Shown here: piece by piece, positions 9,318 through 19,135 of the stretch
How positions within the stretch are numbered: the first letter of the stretch is position 1
Layout of the letters: each line of letters begins with the position of its first letter
Assembly (NCBI GenBank): GCA_002840565.1
Contig: PHBK01000015.1
Location: 12,108-76,107, forward strand
Source: Deltaproteobacteria bacterium HGW-Deltaproteobacteria-12
Lineage (GTDB): Bacteria > Desulfobacterota > Syntrophia > Syntrophales > Smithellaceae
DNA length: 64,000 nt
Direction of reading: 5' to 3'
The notes under the pieces: generated by a model
What the model was told of the DNA's origin: nothing
Seen by the model: the letters and a program-made list of their open reading frames with translations, nothing else
Databases searched by the model: none
Made by a program: the position numbers and the translations under genes

Positions 9318-9670
9318 GTCATTCCGGCGCAGGCCGGAATCCAGTTAAACTATAGTCTCATATAAATCCTGCCAGACAGGATTAAACCTTCTATCAACTT
9401 CAGTTTCCAGGCTCTTTTCCATTCTTTCAGTCTTTTTTCCCGTTCAATAGCAGAGTTCATGTTCTCATGTAGTTCATACCAAACCAGACGATGAACTTTA
9501 TATCGTTTCGTGAATCCTTCTACTAAGTAATTCTTATGTTCCCATACTCTTTTGAAAAGATCCGAAGTCACACCAATATAGATGGTTCCATTTTTCCCAT
9601 TTGCCAGAATATAGACAGCTTGTTGATTGCTCATTGCATATATCTGGTTCCCGGCCTTCGCCGGAATGAC
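9318..9670 (-). mobile_element. Compact GIY-YIG cassette bounded by 27-bp terminal inverted repeats
   Basis: The left end is GTCATTCCGGCGCAGGCCGGAATCCAG (9318-9344). The reverse complement of the right end (9644-9670) is GTCATTCCGGCGAAGGCCGGGAACCAG, 24/27 identical. Each end is itself a hairpin (ATTCCGGC-GCAG-GCCGGAAT). The element encloses only the 94-aa GIY-YIG ORF. Confidence 0.65.
9350..9634 (-). CDS. GIY-YIG nuclease family protein (UPF0213-like)
   Basis: 94 aa. AVYILANGKNGTIYIGVTSDLFKRVWEHK ... REKRLKEWKRAWKLKLIE, the canonical small GIY-YIG layout. Confidence 0.85.
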   Translation of the reverse strand: MSNQQAVYILANGKNGTIYIGVTSDLFKRVWEHKNYLVEGFTKRYKVHRLVWYELHENMNSAIEREKRLKEWKRAWKLKLIEGLILSGRIYMRL

Positions 9671-9740
9671 TCACAAGAAATAATTTCTTCGTTGCTAACG
9701 ACTCGATTCATAAAGACACAACGATATTAATCAGCGTTTT

Positions 9741-10784
9741 TCAACAGCCTGGTTGATACAAACACAACGGTTCCTCCGCCAGATAATCGCCGGTCGCCTC
9801 GTAAGCCCGGGCGCGGCAGCCGCCGCAGACTTTGATAAATTCACAACGGCCGCATTTGCCGCCGTACCGGCTGTAGTCGCGCAGATTTCCGAACACCCCG
9901 GATTTTTCCCATATCCCGGCAAAACTCTGCTCCTGCACATTGCCGCAGTCCAACTCCAGATAACCGCAGGGTTGGACCCGGCCCAAATGAGAAATGAAGC
10001 AAAAGGAAATGCCGCCCAGACAGCCCCGGGTGGATTCGGTAAAGCGGCCGCCTGTTTTTTTCACAGGGCCGGCGCCCTTGATTTTATTTTGATGCATGAT
10101 GCGGAAATAATGCGGCGCACAGGTGGCCTTGAGCTGTATTTCGCAAGTCAGGCTTTCCTGATGAAACCACAGCAGCGTTTCTTCGTAATCGGCGGCGGTA
10201 ATGGCCTGCGCGGCCAGGTCCCTGCCCCTTCCGGTCGGCACAAGCAGAAAGATATGATGTGCTGCGGCCCCCGATTTTAAAACCAGATCATGGATGGCTT
10301 TGATCTGATGAAGATTGGCGGTGGTAATCGTTGTGTTGATTTGGAATTCAATCCCCGCCGCCTTCAGCGTTTTAATGCCCCGCATTGCGCCGTCAAAAGC
10401 ACCGGGTTCACCGCGGAAAGCATCGTGGCTTTGCGCATCTTTGCCGTCAATACTTATGCTGACGCGCTGGATGCCGCTGGCGATCATTTTTTTTGCGGTC
10501 GGTTCATCCAACAGCGTCCCGTTCGTCGCCATGACCATGCGCAGGCCTTTTTGTGTTCCGTAGGCGGCAATATCAAAAATGTCCGGCCGCAACAGAGGCT
10601 CGCCGCCGGTCAGAATGATGACCGGTGACGCAAGAGCGGCGATTTCATCGATCAGTTTCAGGCACTTTTCGGAAGTCAGTTCTCCCGCGTAAGGACCGCA
10701 ACTGGCGGCAGCCCGGCAATGCAGGCAGTTCAGATTGCAGCTCCGCGTAACTTCCCAGGCGATCATGCGTAATGTGTTTTCCAT
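9741..10784 (-). CDS. ahbD: Radical SAM/SPASM heme synthase (AhbD/NirJ1-like; Fe-coproporphyrin III to heme b)
   Basis: 347 aa. CNLNCLHC radical-SAM cluster motif and a C-terminal Cys-rich SPASM region (CGRCEFIKVCGGCRARA). Located in the ahb operon. The AhbC versus AhbD assignment is from remembered N-terminal patterns. Confidence 0.65.
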   Translation of the reverse strand: MENTLRMIAWEVTRSCNLNCLHCRAAASCGPYAGELTSEKCLKLIDEIAALASPVIILTGGEPLLRPDIFDIAAYGTQKGLRMVMATNGTLLDEPTAKKMIASGIQRVSISIDGKDAQSHDAFRGEPGAFDGAMRGIKTLKAAGIEFQINTTITTANLHQIKAIHDLVLKSGAAAHHIFLLVPTGRGRDLAAQAITAADYEETLLWFHQESLTCEIQLKATCAPHYFRIMHQNKIKGAGPVKKTGGRFTESTRGCLGGISFCFISHLGRVQPCGYLELDCGNVQEQSFAGIWEKSGVFGNLRDYSRYGGKCGRCEFIKVCGGCRARAYEATGDYLAEEPLCLYQPGC

Positions 10785-11758
10785 TATTTATTCAACAGTT
10801 TCGCTGCCTGCAGTGCCCAATAGGTAATAATCATATCGGCGCCGGCGCGCTTAATTGCCGTCAGTGATTCGAGCATGGCCTTTTCTTCATTCAGCCAGCC
10901 CAGCTGCGCCGCTGCTTTGATCATCGAATACTCGCCGCTGACGTTGTATGCCGCCAGGGGCAAATCAAACTCCTGCTTGGCCCGAAATATTATATCCAGA
11001 TAAGCCAAAGCCGGTTTAACCATGATAATGTCGGCGCCCTCGGCAACATCAAGCGATATTTCCCGGATAGCTTCATCGCCGTTGGCCGGATCCATCTGGT
11101 AATCTTTCCGGTCTCCAAACTGCGGCGTGCTTTGCGCCGCCTCCCGGAACGGTCCGTAGAAACAGGAAGCATATTTAGCCCCATAGGCCATTATGGGAAT
11201 ATTCTCAAAATTTTCCTCATCGAGACCTTCCCGGATTGCCGCTATCTGCCCGTCCATCATGGCTGAAGGCGCAACCATATCGGCGCCGGCCCGCGCATGG
11301 GAAACGGCAGTCTCCGCCAGTACTTCCAGTGTCAGGTCATTGTCCACAGCTCCTTTTTCAATCATTCCGCAATGGCCATGACTGGTGTATTCACACAGAC
11401 AGACATCTGTTACCACCAAAATGTCCGGCACCTCATTTTTTACCCGGCGGACGGTCTGTTGAATGATGCCGTCTTTGGCAAAAGCTCCGGTGGCCTGATC
11501 GTCTTTAACCGCAGGAATACCAAACAGCAGGATGCCGGGGATACCCAGTTCCCTCGCCTTCTGAGCTTCTCCGACTATGTTGTCGATGGACATTTGAAAA
11601 ATGCCCGGCATTGATGAAATAGGTTTTTTAACTTTTTTACCGGGAACGGCAAAAAGCGGATAAATAAAATCATTGAAACTCAATTGTGTTTCACGGATCA
11701 AACGACGGAAACTCTCATTTTTTCTTAATCTCCGGGGACGGTATTCCGGATACTGCAT
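10784..11758 (-). CDS. hemB: Porphobilinogen synthase (delta-aminolevulinate dehydratase)
   Basis: 324 aa. RPRRLR start, DVCLCEYTSHGHCG zinc site, and the active-site Lys regions VAPSAMMDG and IMVKPA. Confidence 0.95.
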   Translation of the reverse strand: MQYPEYRPRRLRKNESFRRLIRETQLSFNDFIYPLFAVPGKKVKKPISSMPGIFQMSIDNIVGEAQKARELGIPGILLFGIPAVKDDQATGAFAKDGIIQQTVRRVKNEVPDILVVTDVCLCEYTSHGHCGMIEKGAVDNDLTLEVLAETAVSHARAGADMVAPSAMMDGQIAAIREGLDEENFENIPIMAYGAKYASCFYGPFREAAQSTPQFGDRKDYQMDPANGDEAIREISLDVAEGADIIMVKPALAYLDIIFRAKQEFDLPLAAYNVSGEYSMIKAAAQLGWLNEEKAMLESLTAIKRAGADMIITYWALQAAKLLNK

Positions 11759-11761
11759 TTG

Positions 11762-12949
11762 CTAATCCTCCCTTCTGCTTATTTCTTCATCATTTAGATA
11801 ACAGGCGGGATCCGGCCCCCAGACATCGCCTGCCGATTCGGCTCTGGCGCGGAAGTTGCCGCCGCAAACCGTAAGCCAGCAGCAGCTGGCGCAACGCCCA
11901 TGGACATGCTTCTTTTTATCCTTCAATTTGCTCAGCAGCTCATTTTTTTCATCCAGCCAGATTTCACTAAACGGCTTGAGCCGGACGTTGCCCAGCGGCT
12001 GGTTGCGCCAGAACTGGTCAGGATAGACCTCGCCGTCCCAGCTGACGCAGCCGATCCCTTGTCCTGAGCTGTTGCCCTCATTCATTTCCAGAAGTTCCAG
12101 CACTTCGGCGGCGCGCTCTCGATTTTCCTGCCTGATTTTCAGATACAGATACGGACCGTCGGCGTGATTATCCACGGTCAGTATCTCCGGAGACAGGCCG
12201 GAGTCGAACATTTGCCTGGTCTCGCCGGCAATTAAATCCAGCAGCCTGCGGGTTTCTTCATGGGTCAAATCCTCGTCGCGCAGCCTGGAGCCGCGACCGC
12301 TGTAAACCAGATGATAGAAACACATTCTTTCAATTTTTTCTTTCCGCAGCAGATCAAACATGGCCGGCACGTCGGACAGATTGTACTTATTGACGGTAAA
12401 GCGGATGCCCACCTTGACGCCTGCTTCCCGGCAATTGCGCAAGCCGTCAAGGGCGGCGGCAAAGGCACCCTTTTTACCCCGGAAGCGGTCGTGTGTTTTT
12501 TCCAGGCCGTCCAGACTCACTCCAACGTAGGAAAGGCCTATTTTTTTAAGTCTGGCCGCAATCTCTTTCGTGATGAGAGTCCCGTTAGTGGAGATGACCG
12601 CGCGCATACCCCGATCTGTCGCATACTGCGCCAGTTCAATTAAATCGGGCCTCAGCAGCGGTTCGCCGCCGGAAAATAAAATCACCGGCGAGCCGAACTG
12701 CGCCAGATCGTCTATGAGCTTTTTCCCTTCTTCCGTAGTCAACTCGTCGGGATAATTCATATCAGCGGAATTGGAATAGCAGTGAATGCACTTCAGGTTG
12801 CAACGACGGGTCATATTCCAGACAACCACCGGTTTTTTGTCGGCCGAAAATTGCAGCAGATGCGCAGGCAGTTTCCCGGACTGCCGGCCATAACGCAATA
12901 CATCCGACGGTTCCACCGCCCCGCAATATAGTTTGGAAATACCAATCAT
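11762..12949 (-). CDS. ahbC: Radical SAM/SPASM enzyme (AhbC/NirJ2-like; didecarboxysiroheme to Fe-coproporphyrin III)
   Basis: 395 aa. MIGISKLYCG... start, CNLKCIHC motif, and C-terminal CASCCWLTVCGGNFRARA. Confidence 0.65.
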   Translation of the reverse strand: MIGISKLYCGAVEPSDVLRYGRQSGKLPAHLLQFSADKKPVVVWNMTRRCNLKCIHCYSNSADMNYPDELTTEEGKKLIDDLAQFGSPVILFSGGEPLLRPDLIELAQYATDRGMRAVISTNGTLITKEIAARLKKIGLSYVGVSLDGLEKTHDRFRGKKGAFAAALDGLRNCREAGVKVGIRFTVNKYNLSDVPAMFDLLRKEKIERMCFYHLVYSGRGSRLRDEDLTHEETRRLLDLIAGETRQMFDSGLSPEILTVDNHADGPYLYLKIRQENRERAAEVLELLEMNEGNSSGQGIGCVSWDGEVYPDQFWRNQPLGNVRLKPFSEIWLDEKNELLSKLKDKKKHVHGRCASCCWLTVCGGNFRARAESAGDVWGPDPACYLNDEEISRRED

Positions 12950-13004
12950 TACTTCGCCCTCATGAAAATATTCTAAGCATTAATCAAAACATCTGTGTTC
13001 TGCG

Positions 13005-14507
13005 TCATTTTAGCTTTCGCACAGCCTTCAATTCCTGGCAACCGTCATTATTTCCCAGCGAGCAGGCCTGAGAAAAATCTTTCCCGGCGGCAGCCATTTT
13101 ACCGAGCTTAACATAAGCCCTCCCCCTGTTAACATAAGCATTGGCATACCCCGGATCAAGCGCTACCGCTTTTGTGGCGTCGGCGATTGCTTTGTTAAAA
13201 TCGCCCCTGACAATGTAGGCATATGCCCGGTTGTTGTAGGAATCAACATAACGGGAATCAATGTTTATCGCACTGCTATAATCAGCAATAGCAGCATCTA
13301 CATTGCCTTTCCAGCGGTTGAGCACACCGCGTCTGTTATAGGCCTCGGCCAGCCTGGGGTTCAGCAGAAGCGCCGAATTAATATCACTTAAAGCTTTGTC
13401 CACTTCGTTTTTTCGCTTGTAAACCTCAGCGCGCCCGTTGTAGGGGGAAGCATCACGGGGATCGAGTTCAATGGCTTGATTATAGTCATTTTGCGCCTGA
13501 TCCAGCATGTTTTTATGCAGGTAAACAGTAGCGCGGTTGCTGTAGGCAATCGCATATCGAGCATTGAGTGCAATCGCCCGGTTATAATCGGCCAGAGCGC
13601 TTTCATAATTACGCATGTCAAAATATACATTGCCGCGGTTATTATAATAAAAATCAACCTCCGGGTTGATCATAACGGCCTTGTTAAAATCAGCAATTGC
13701 CTTTTCATAAAGACGCATCCGGCGGTGCGCCACACCCCGGTTGCTGTAGGCTCCGTGGTTTTGAGCCTCCAGTTCAATCGCACGACCGGCATCCCGCACT
13801 GCCTCTGTATATAAGCCTTTTTCCAGTCGGGCCCAGGAGCGGTTTTTATAAGCCCAGGCGGAAGAGGGATCGATTTCAATAGCCTTAGTGTATGCGCTGA
13901 TCGCCACCTCATAGTCGCCTTTGGCAACCAGAGAATTGCCCTTTTCTATCCACTGACTGGCCTGAAATTTCTTTTCTTCCGAAGCTATTTTTTTCTCCAG
14001 ATCCGGCTTCTTTATATCTTTCGCCGCAATCAACTGCTTTTTCAATTCATCAATCTGTCTCTGGCTTTGATCATAAGCTTCTTTAACTTTATTATATTCA
14101 TCAACGACTTCCCTTGATTTGACTTTCCGGGCCATAGACGAAATGCTGTCGGGATTGATTCTGGCTTTTATCTTCACCCGGAAATTAAAACCATCCCCGG
14201 CAATTGTTCTCTTCTTCTCCAGCACGGAGACTTCCATAATCCCCGCGGCAAGCACCTGAACTTCATCCTGCGTCAGAACAAAATTATTGACCTTGCTGTA
14301 GGACTCCACATAAGTTCCGGCCTCTTCCAGTGCGGTTCGCTTGGCCGCAAGCAGCGCCTTTTCTTCTGCCGTCACCGGAGTCTCACCGTCACCCATGTTG
14401 TATGTTCCTTCGGCGATAATTTCCTTCACTTCAGCGCAGACGGCAAAAGGCCCCCCGATGATTACTGCTGAAATCAGAAGCAAGACAAGTAAATAGTTTT
14501 TTATCAT
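13005..14507 (-). CDS. Secreted TPR-repeat protein with a distinct N-terminal domain
   Basis: 500 aa. Signal peptide MIKNYLLVLLLISAVIIGGPFAVCA, a coiled-coil linker, then about 9 TPR units (repeated A..Y..A..I.P....AY.NRG pattern). Its ATG overlaps the cobA-hemD stop as ATGA. Confidence 0.8.
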   Translation of the reverse strand: MIKNYLLVLLLISAVIIGGPFAVCAEVKEIIAEGTYNMGDGETPVTAEEKALLAAKRTALEEAGTYVESYSKVNNFVLTQDEVQVLAAGIMEVSVLEKKRTIAGDGFNFRVKIKARINPDSISSMARKVKSREVVDEYNKVKEAYDQSQRQIDELKKQLIAAKDIKKPDLEKKIASEEKKFQASQWIEKGNSLVAKGDYEVAISAYTKAIEIDPSSAWAYKNRSWARLEKGLYTEAVRDAGRAIELEAQNHGAYSNRGVAHRRMRLYEKAIADFNKAVMINPEVDFYYNNRGNVYFDMRNYESALADYNRAIALNARYAIAYSNRATVYLHKNMLDQAQNDYNQAIELDPRDASPYNGRAEVYKRKNEVDKALSDINSALLLNPRLAEAYNRRGVLNRWKGNVDAAIADYSSAINIDSRYVDSYNNRAYAYIVRGDFNKAIADATKAVALDPGYANAYVNRGRAYVKLGKMAAAGKDFSQACSLGNNDGCQELKAVRKLK

Positions 14508-16051
14508 TCGCCCTCCTGCCGCCGGTAGTAATCAACAAGCGACTGCGCGAGACCTTCCATTGTGTATTGATCCTGCTGAATATCAACGGAAAATCCTGCT
14601 TTTCGCGCCGTGGCCGCAGTGACCGGACCGATGCAGGCAATACGGATTTGCGGCGGCAGGGAAAAGTCCTTTCCGGCAATTTCCAAAAAGTTGGTTACTG
14701 TCGAAGAACTGGTGAATGTAATTACATTTATTTTATTTTCCCGAATAAGTTCTTCGAGCTCTTCTTTTTTCCGGCCGGAATTAACGGTCTGGTATGCTGT
14801 CGCTACATCAACAGCAGCGCCCAATTTTCTCAACCCCTCGGGAAGAATATTCCGGGCTTTAGACGCCCGGGGAATAAGTATTTTCTTCCCCTGCAAATCC
14901 CTGCCGGCAAAAGACCGCAGAATGCCTTCGGCTATATACTCGTCCGGCACAAGATCAACGCGAATTCCCATTTTAGTCATCTGGCCGGCAGTCGCCGGGC
15001 CGATGCAGCAGATCTGCACCCCTTTCAGTTCCCGAACATCTTTATTTATTTCCCGTAGCCGCTCAAAGAAATATTGCACGCCGTTGGCGCTGGTAAATAT
15101 TATCCAGCTATAGGTATCCAGCTGCTGCAGCGCCGCATCAAGACTGCCCCAATCACCGGGCGGTATAATTTTTATTGTGGGAAAAGAAATGGCCTGCGCA
15201 CCTTCTTTTTCCAGCAGGATCGCCAGATCGTCGGCCTGCTTTTCCGGACGCGTAATGACAACACCCTTGCCGGATAGAGGCTTTTTTTCAAACCATTGCA
15301 GAGTTTCGCGCAGGTCGACAACTTTTCCCACAACGAGAATGGCCGGCGCGGCGAAAGCGGCAGCCTGCGCAAGCGCGGCGATATCCGCCAAAGGCGCGGC
15401 GATGATTTCCTGCTGCGGTGTTGTCCCCCGGCGAATTAAAGCTGCAGGCGTCTGAGGTGATTTGCCATGCGCCATCAGAGATTCTGTGATTTGGGCGATA
15501 TTTTTTACACCCATCAGAAAAACAAGCGTTCCGATACCCGCAAGCGCCTGCCAGTCGATCTCGCTTTTTTCCTTGGCCGGATCTTCATGGCCGGTAATAA
15601 ACGCCACGGTGGACGTCAGCCCCCGGTGCGTGAGTGGAATTCCCGCGTATGCCGGGACCGCAATAGCCGATGTCACGCCGGGGATCACCTCAAACGGCAC
15701 GCCATAAGCAGCTAATACCTCCGCCTCTTCGCCGCCGCGTCCGAAGATAAAAGGATCGCCGCCCTTGAGACGCGCCACCGTGTTGCCGGCCAGCGCTTCT
15801 TTAGCCAGCAGCTCATTGATCTTATCCTGCGACAGCGTGTGATCGCCGCCCTTCTTTCCGGCATAAATGAAGCGGGCTCGCCCCGGTGCGTACTTCAACA
15901 GCTCTTCGTTGACGAGATTATCATAGATGACGACATCGGCCAACCGCAGGCTCTCCACAGCTTTGAGAGTTATCAGCCCGGCATCGCCGGGTCCCGCACC
16001 GATAATATAGACTTTGCCCGATTTAGTTTTTTTATTCATATTTTTCAACAC
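14504..16051 (-). CDS. cobA-hemD: Uroporphyrinogen-III C-methyltransferase / uroporphyrinogen-III synthase fusion
   Basis: 515 aa. The N-terminal half is SUMT-like (VYIIGAGPGDAGLITLKA, GGDPFIFGRGGEE). The C-terminal half is HemD-like. The start may be ATG 16039. Confidence 0.85.
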   Translation of the reverse strand: MLKNMNKKTKSGKVYIIGAGPGDAGLITLKAVESLRLADVVIYDNLVNEELLKYAPGRARFIYAGKKGGDHTLSQDKINELLAKEALAGNTVARLKGGDPFIFGRGGEEAEVLAAYGVPFEVIPGVTSAIAVPAYAGIPLTHRGLTSTVAFITGHEDPAKEKSEIDWQALAGIGTLVFLMGVKNIAQITESLMAHGKSPQTPAALIRRGTTPQQEIIAAPLADIAALAQAAAFAAPAILVVGKVVDLRETLQWFEKKPLSGKGVVITRPEKQADDLAILLEKEGAQAISFPTIKIIPPGDWGSLDAALQQLDTYSWIIFTSANGVQYFFERLREINKDVRELKGVQICCIGPATAGQMTKMGIRVDLVPDEYIAEGILRSFAGRDLQGKKILIPRASKARNILPEGLRKLGAAVDVATAYQTVNSGRKKEELEELIRENKINVITFTSSSTVTNFLEIAGKDFSLPPQIRIACIGPVTAATARKAGFSVDIQQDQYTMEGLAQSLVDYYRRQEGE

Positions 16052-16959
16052 GACAGATTCAAGAATCGTTTACCGCCTTTTTCCATAATCGTTTCCGCCA
16101 GCTTTTTGCCCATAACTTCCGCTTCTTCGAGAGTGCCCCATACTTTATCCCGAACCGCACCGGAACCATCGGGAGTAGCCACCAGACCCTCGAGAGACAG
16201 CCGCTGTCCTTCCAGCCGGCTCAGCGCTGCTATGGGAAGTCGACAACCCCCTCCCAGCGTCCGCAGATAAGAGCGCTCAGCCGTAATTTCTGCGGTGGTC
16301 GGCGCATGGTCCAGTTTAGCCAAAGAAGCGGCCAGATCGGAATCCGTCTTGCGTATCTGCAAGCCCAGGGCACCCTGTCCAACAGCCGGCAGCATCAATT
16401 CGACAGGCAAATACTGCGTTATTTTTTGAACATATCCCAGCCGCTTCATGCCGGCAGCCGCCAGGATGACCCCGGCAAGATTTTCCGTTTCAATTTTTTT
16501 CAGGCGTGTGTCGATATTTCCGCGCAGCGGGACTATCATAACATCAGGAAGCATCATCTGAATCTGGGCGCCGCGACGCAGCGAGCCCGTGCCGATTTTA
16601 GCTCCTCTGGGCATAAATTCGAGCTTAACGTTCCCCCTGGATACGAGAATATCGCGGACGTCTTCCCGCTGCAGGATAGCTGCAAACCTCAGTTCTTCCG
16701 GCGTTTCACCGGGCACATCCTTCATGCTGTGCACGGCCAGATCGATGCTTCCCGCAATAAGCGCGTCTTCAATTTCTTTGACAAATACACCCTGACCGCC
16801 AATATTAAGCAAAGATACATCCTGCATGATGTCCCCGCTCGTTTTGATGACGCAAATCTCCGTCGTTATTTCCGGGGCAACTGTTTTCAGTCTCTCGACA
16901 ACTGACTTCGTCTGGGCCAGAGCCAGCTTGCTGCCGCGTGTTCCAATTTTTATATTCAT
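16045..16959 (-). CDS. hemC: Hydroxymethylbilane synthase (porphobilinogen deaminase)
   Basis: 304 aa. IKIGTRGSKLALAQT, HSMKDVP, GNIDTRL and the GGCRLPIAA cofactor cysteine. Confidence 0.95.
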   Translation of the reverse strand: MNIKIGTRGSKLALAQTKSVVERLKTVAPEITTEICVIKTSGDIMQDVSLLNIGGQGVFVKEIEDALIAGSIDLAVHSMKDVPGETPEELRFAAILQREDVRDILVSRGNVKLEFMPRGAKIGTGSLRRGAQIQMMLPDVMIVPLRGNIDTRLKKIETENLAGVILAAAGMKRLGYVQKITQYLPVELMLPAVGQGALGLQIRKTDSDLAASLAKLDHAPTTAEITAERSYLRTLGGGCRLPIAALSRLEGQRLSLEGLVATPDGSGAVRDKVWGTLEEAEVMGKKLAETIMEKGGKRFLNLSC

Positions 16960-17044
16960 ATTTTACCTTTCATCCTCATAACCGGCAGATGAATCGGGGC
17001 ATTGTCTGACCGATAAAATGCCCTTCCTATTGCCGCGTCACCTC

Positions 17045-18307
17045 TTAATCATCAAGCCGAAAAAGCTGCCGGGCAACGGCGACAATATCCTGAGAACTGA
17101 ATTCGGCGCTCTCTTCTTTCATTGTGGTCACCGGCGCGTGCAGGATCTTGTTGACAATGCCGTTCACCAGAGATGCCACCTTTTCACGGTCGCCGTTTTC
17201 GAACTTAGACATCCAGCTTTGAGCTTTGATCATCTCCGCCTGCACAATGCCCTCGGCTTTGGTCCGCAGCGATATGATAGTCGGCACAGCCTGCAGCTCC
17301 TTGAGCCATCTGCTGTACTGCGTCACTTCCTCCGCAATTATCTGTTCGGCTTTCAGTGCTTCGCGGCGGCGGTTCTTTACGTTTTCATCGACTATGTCCT
17401 GCAAATTATCAATATTGTATAGATAGACATTCTCGATGCCATCCACCGCGGGGTCGATGTCGCGCGGCACCGCGATATCAATTAAAAACAGCAGGCGGTT
17501 TTTGCGCTTGCGCAAACACCGACGGACCATCTCCTGTGTGATTATATGAGACGGCGCACCGGTGGAACTGATGACTATATCGACATCGCAAAGCACTTCG
17601 GGAAGAGCGGCAAGATCAACTGCCTGGCCGCGAAACTTTTCCGCAAGCAATGCGGCTTGAGAAAGCGACCGGTTGGCAACGGTTATTTCCTCCGCGCCGT
17701 TGCTGATCAGATGAGTACCGGTCAGTTCCGCCATTTCCCCGGCGCCGACAATCAGAATTTTTTTGCCGGAAAGAGAACCGAATATTTTCTTCGCCAGTTC
17801 CACTGCAGAAAAGCTCACCGAAACCGGATTCGCAGCAATGCCTGTTTCCGTCCGGACACGCTTTGCCGTGCGAAACGCCCGGTGCAGCAGGCGGTTGAGG
17901 GCGATTCCTGTTGCGTTTTGCGCCAGCGCCTGCCGGTAAGCATCTTTGACCTGACCGAGAATCTGCGCCTCGCCCATCACCTGTGAGTCAAGACTGGAGG
18001 TGACCCGGAACAAATGCCGGATCGCTTCTTCATCCTGATATCCATACAGGCAGGATGCGGCTTCATCATTCGTCAAACCGCCATACCCGGCCAGGAAAGA
18101 TTGGAATGCTTTTATTGCCTGCGGCGCATCCTCAACAGCGGCAACCAGTTCCACACGATTACAGGTGGAAAGATACATAACTTCCAGCACGCTTTCCATT
18201 GCCCGTAGATCGTCCAGCAGATTAACCTGATCCTGGCATCCCGCAAAGATTTTTTCACGCACGCTCAGCGGCGCCGTTTTATGATTTAATCCGACTAATG
18301 CAATCAT
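17045..18307 (-). CDS. hemA: Glutamyl-tRNA reductase
   Basis: 420 aa. GLNHKTAP, STCNRVE catalytic Cys, and the GAGEMAEL NADPH site. Confidence 0.95.
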   Translation of the reverse strand: MIALVGLNHKTAPLSVREKIFAGCQDQVNLLDDLRAMESVLEVMYLSTCNRVELVAAVEDAPQAIKAFQSFLAGYGGLTNDEAASCLYGYQDEEAIRHLFRVTSSLDSQVMGEAQILGQVKDAYRQALAQNATGIALNRLLHRAFRTAKRVRTETGIAANPVSVSFSAVELAKKIFGSLSGKKILIVGAGEMAELTGTHLISNGAEEITVANRSLSQAALLAEKFRGQAVDLAALPEVLCDVDIVISSTGAPSHIITQEMVRRCLRKRKNRLLFLIDIAVPRDIDPAVDGIENVYLYNIDNLQDIVDENVKNRRREALKAEQIIAEEVTQYSRWLKELQAVPTIISLRTKAEGIVQAEMIKAQSWMSKFENGDREKVASLVNGIVNKILHAPVTTMKEESAEFSSQDIVAVARQLFRLDD

Positions 18308-18310
18308 ATT

Positions 18311-19135
18311 TCAAATAAAGTTATGGACGGTTGAAAAACAAAATCTGGTCACCAGAGCCGACAATAAGAAAAGAGCGAATACGGCGCAAGACCATGCCGC
18401 CATGCGAAATCCTTTCCAGCCGATCGCCAGACGCTGATGCAGCAAAAATCCGTAAATCACCCAGACGGCAAAAGACCAGACTACTTTGGGATCGGAAACC
18501 CACATGTCTCCCCAGACAAAGGCTGCATAAACCGCTCCGCCGATCATGCCGAGCGTCAACAGGGGAAACCCCCACAACAAACCCAGGTGATTGATCCTGT
18601 CCAGGTCGCCCAGCGACGGCAATACCCGCCCCATCTTGCCGGGTTTTTTGTGTTTAAGAAGACTGTTCTGGATCATGAACATCGCCCCGGCTGAAGAGGC
18701 CAGAACAAACAGGGCCTCGCCGGCAATTGCCAGCACCAGGTGAAACGCGGTAAGCCATCCCTGCCACTGGGGCGGCACAAGATTTTTATCCGCTTCGTGA
18801 CCGACCGCTGCGATTACAAACAATAAAATAAACGGCGCAATGAAAGCGCCCAGCAATCTTGTTTTGGTGGAAAATTGCAATCCCAGGTATATACAGGCAA
18901 TCACCCAGGCGTAAATGGACAGGAAATGGCGCGAGCCGAAATTGTCCCAACCGGAAGAATTGATGGCAGCCGCAACCAGGTTCAGAGTGAGAAACAGAAA
19001 TCCGGCTGCCAGAATCCAGGTGGATACTTTTGCCAGCACGACTCTTTTCACCAGCAGAGACAACAGATAACCCGCAACGGCGAGCGCGCAGCAAAACAAG
19101 GACAGCGCTAACATGGTCATTTCCAGGCTAAGCAA
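18311..19135 (-). CDS. Cytochrome c assembly family membrane protein (CcsA/HemX-like)
   Basis: 274 aa, about 8 TM segments, with a Trp-rich C-terminal part (WGFPLLTLGMIGG...W..W). It sits next to hemA, as hemX does in Bacillus-type hem operons. Confidence 0.7.
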   Translation of the reverse strand: MLSLEMTMLALSLFCCALAVAGYLLSLLVKRVVLAKVSTWILAAGFLFLTLNLVAAAINSSGWDNFGSRHFLSIYAWVIACIYLGLQFSTKTRLLGAFIAPFILLFVIAAVGHEADKNLVPPQWQGWLTAFHLVLAIAGEALFVLASSAGAMFMIQNSLLKHKKPGKMGRVLPSLGDLDRINHLGLLWGFPLLTLGMIGGAVYAAFVWGDMWVSDPKVVWSFAVWVIYGFLLHQRLAIGWKGFRMAAWSCAVFALFLLSALVTRFCFSTVHNFI

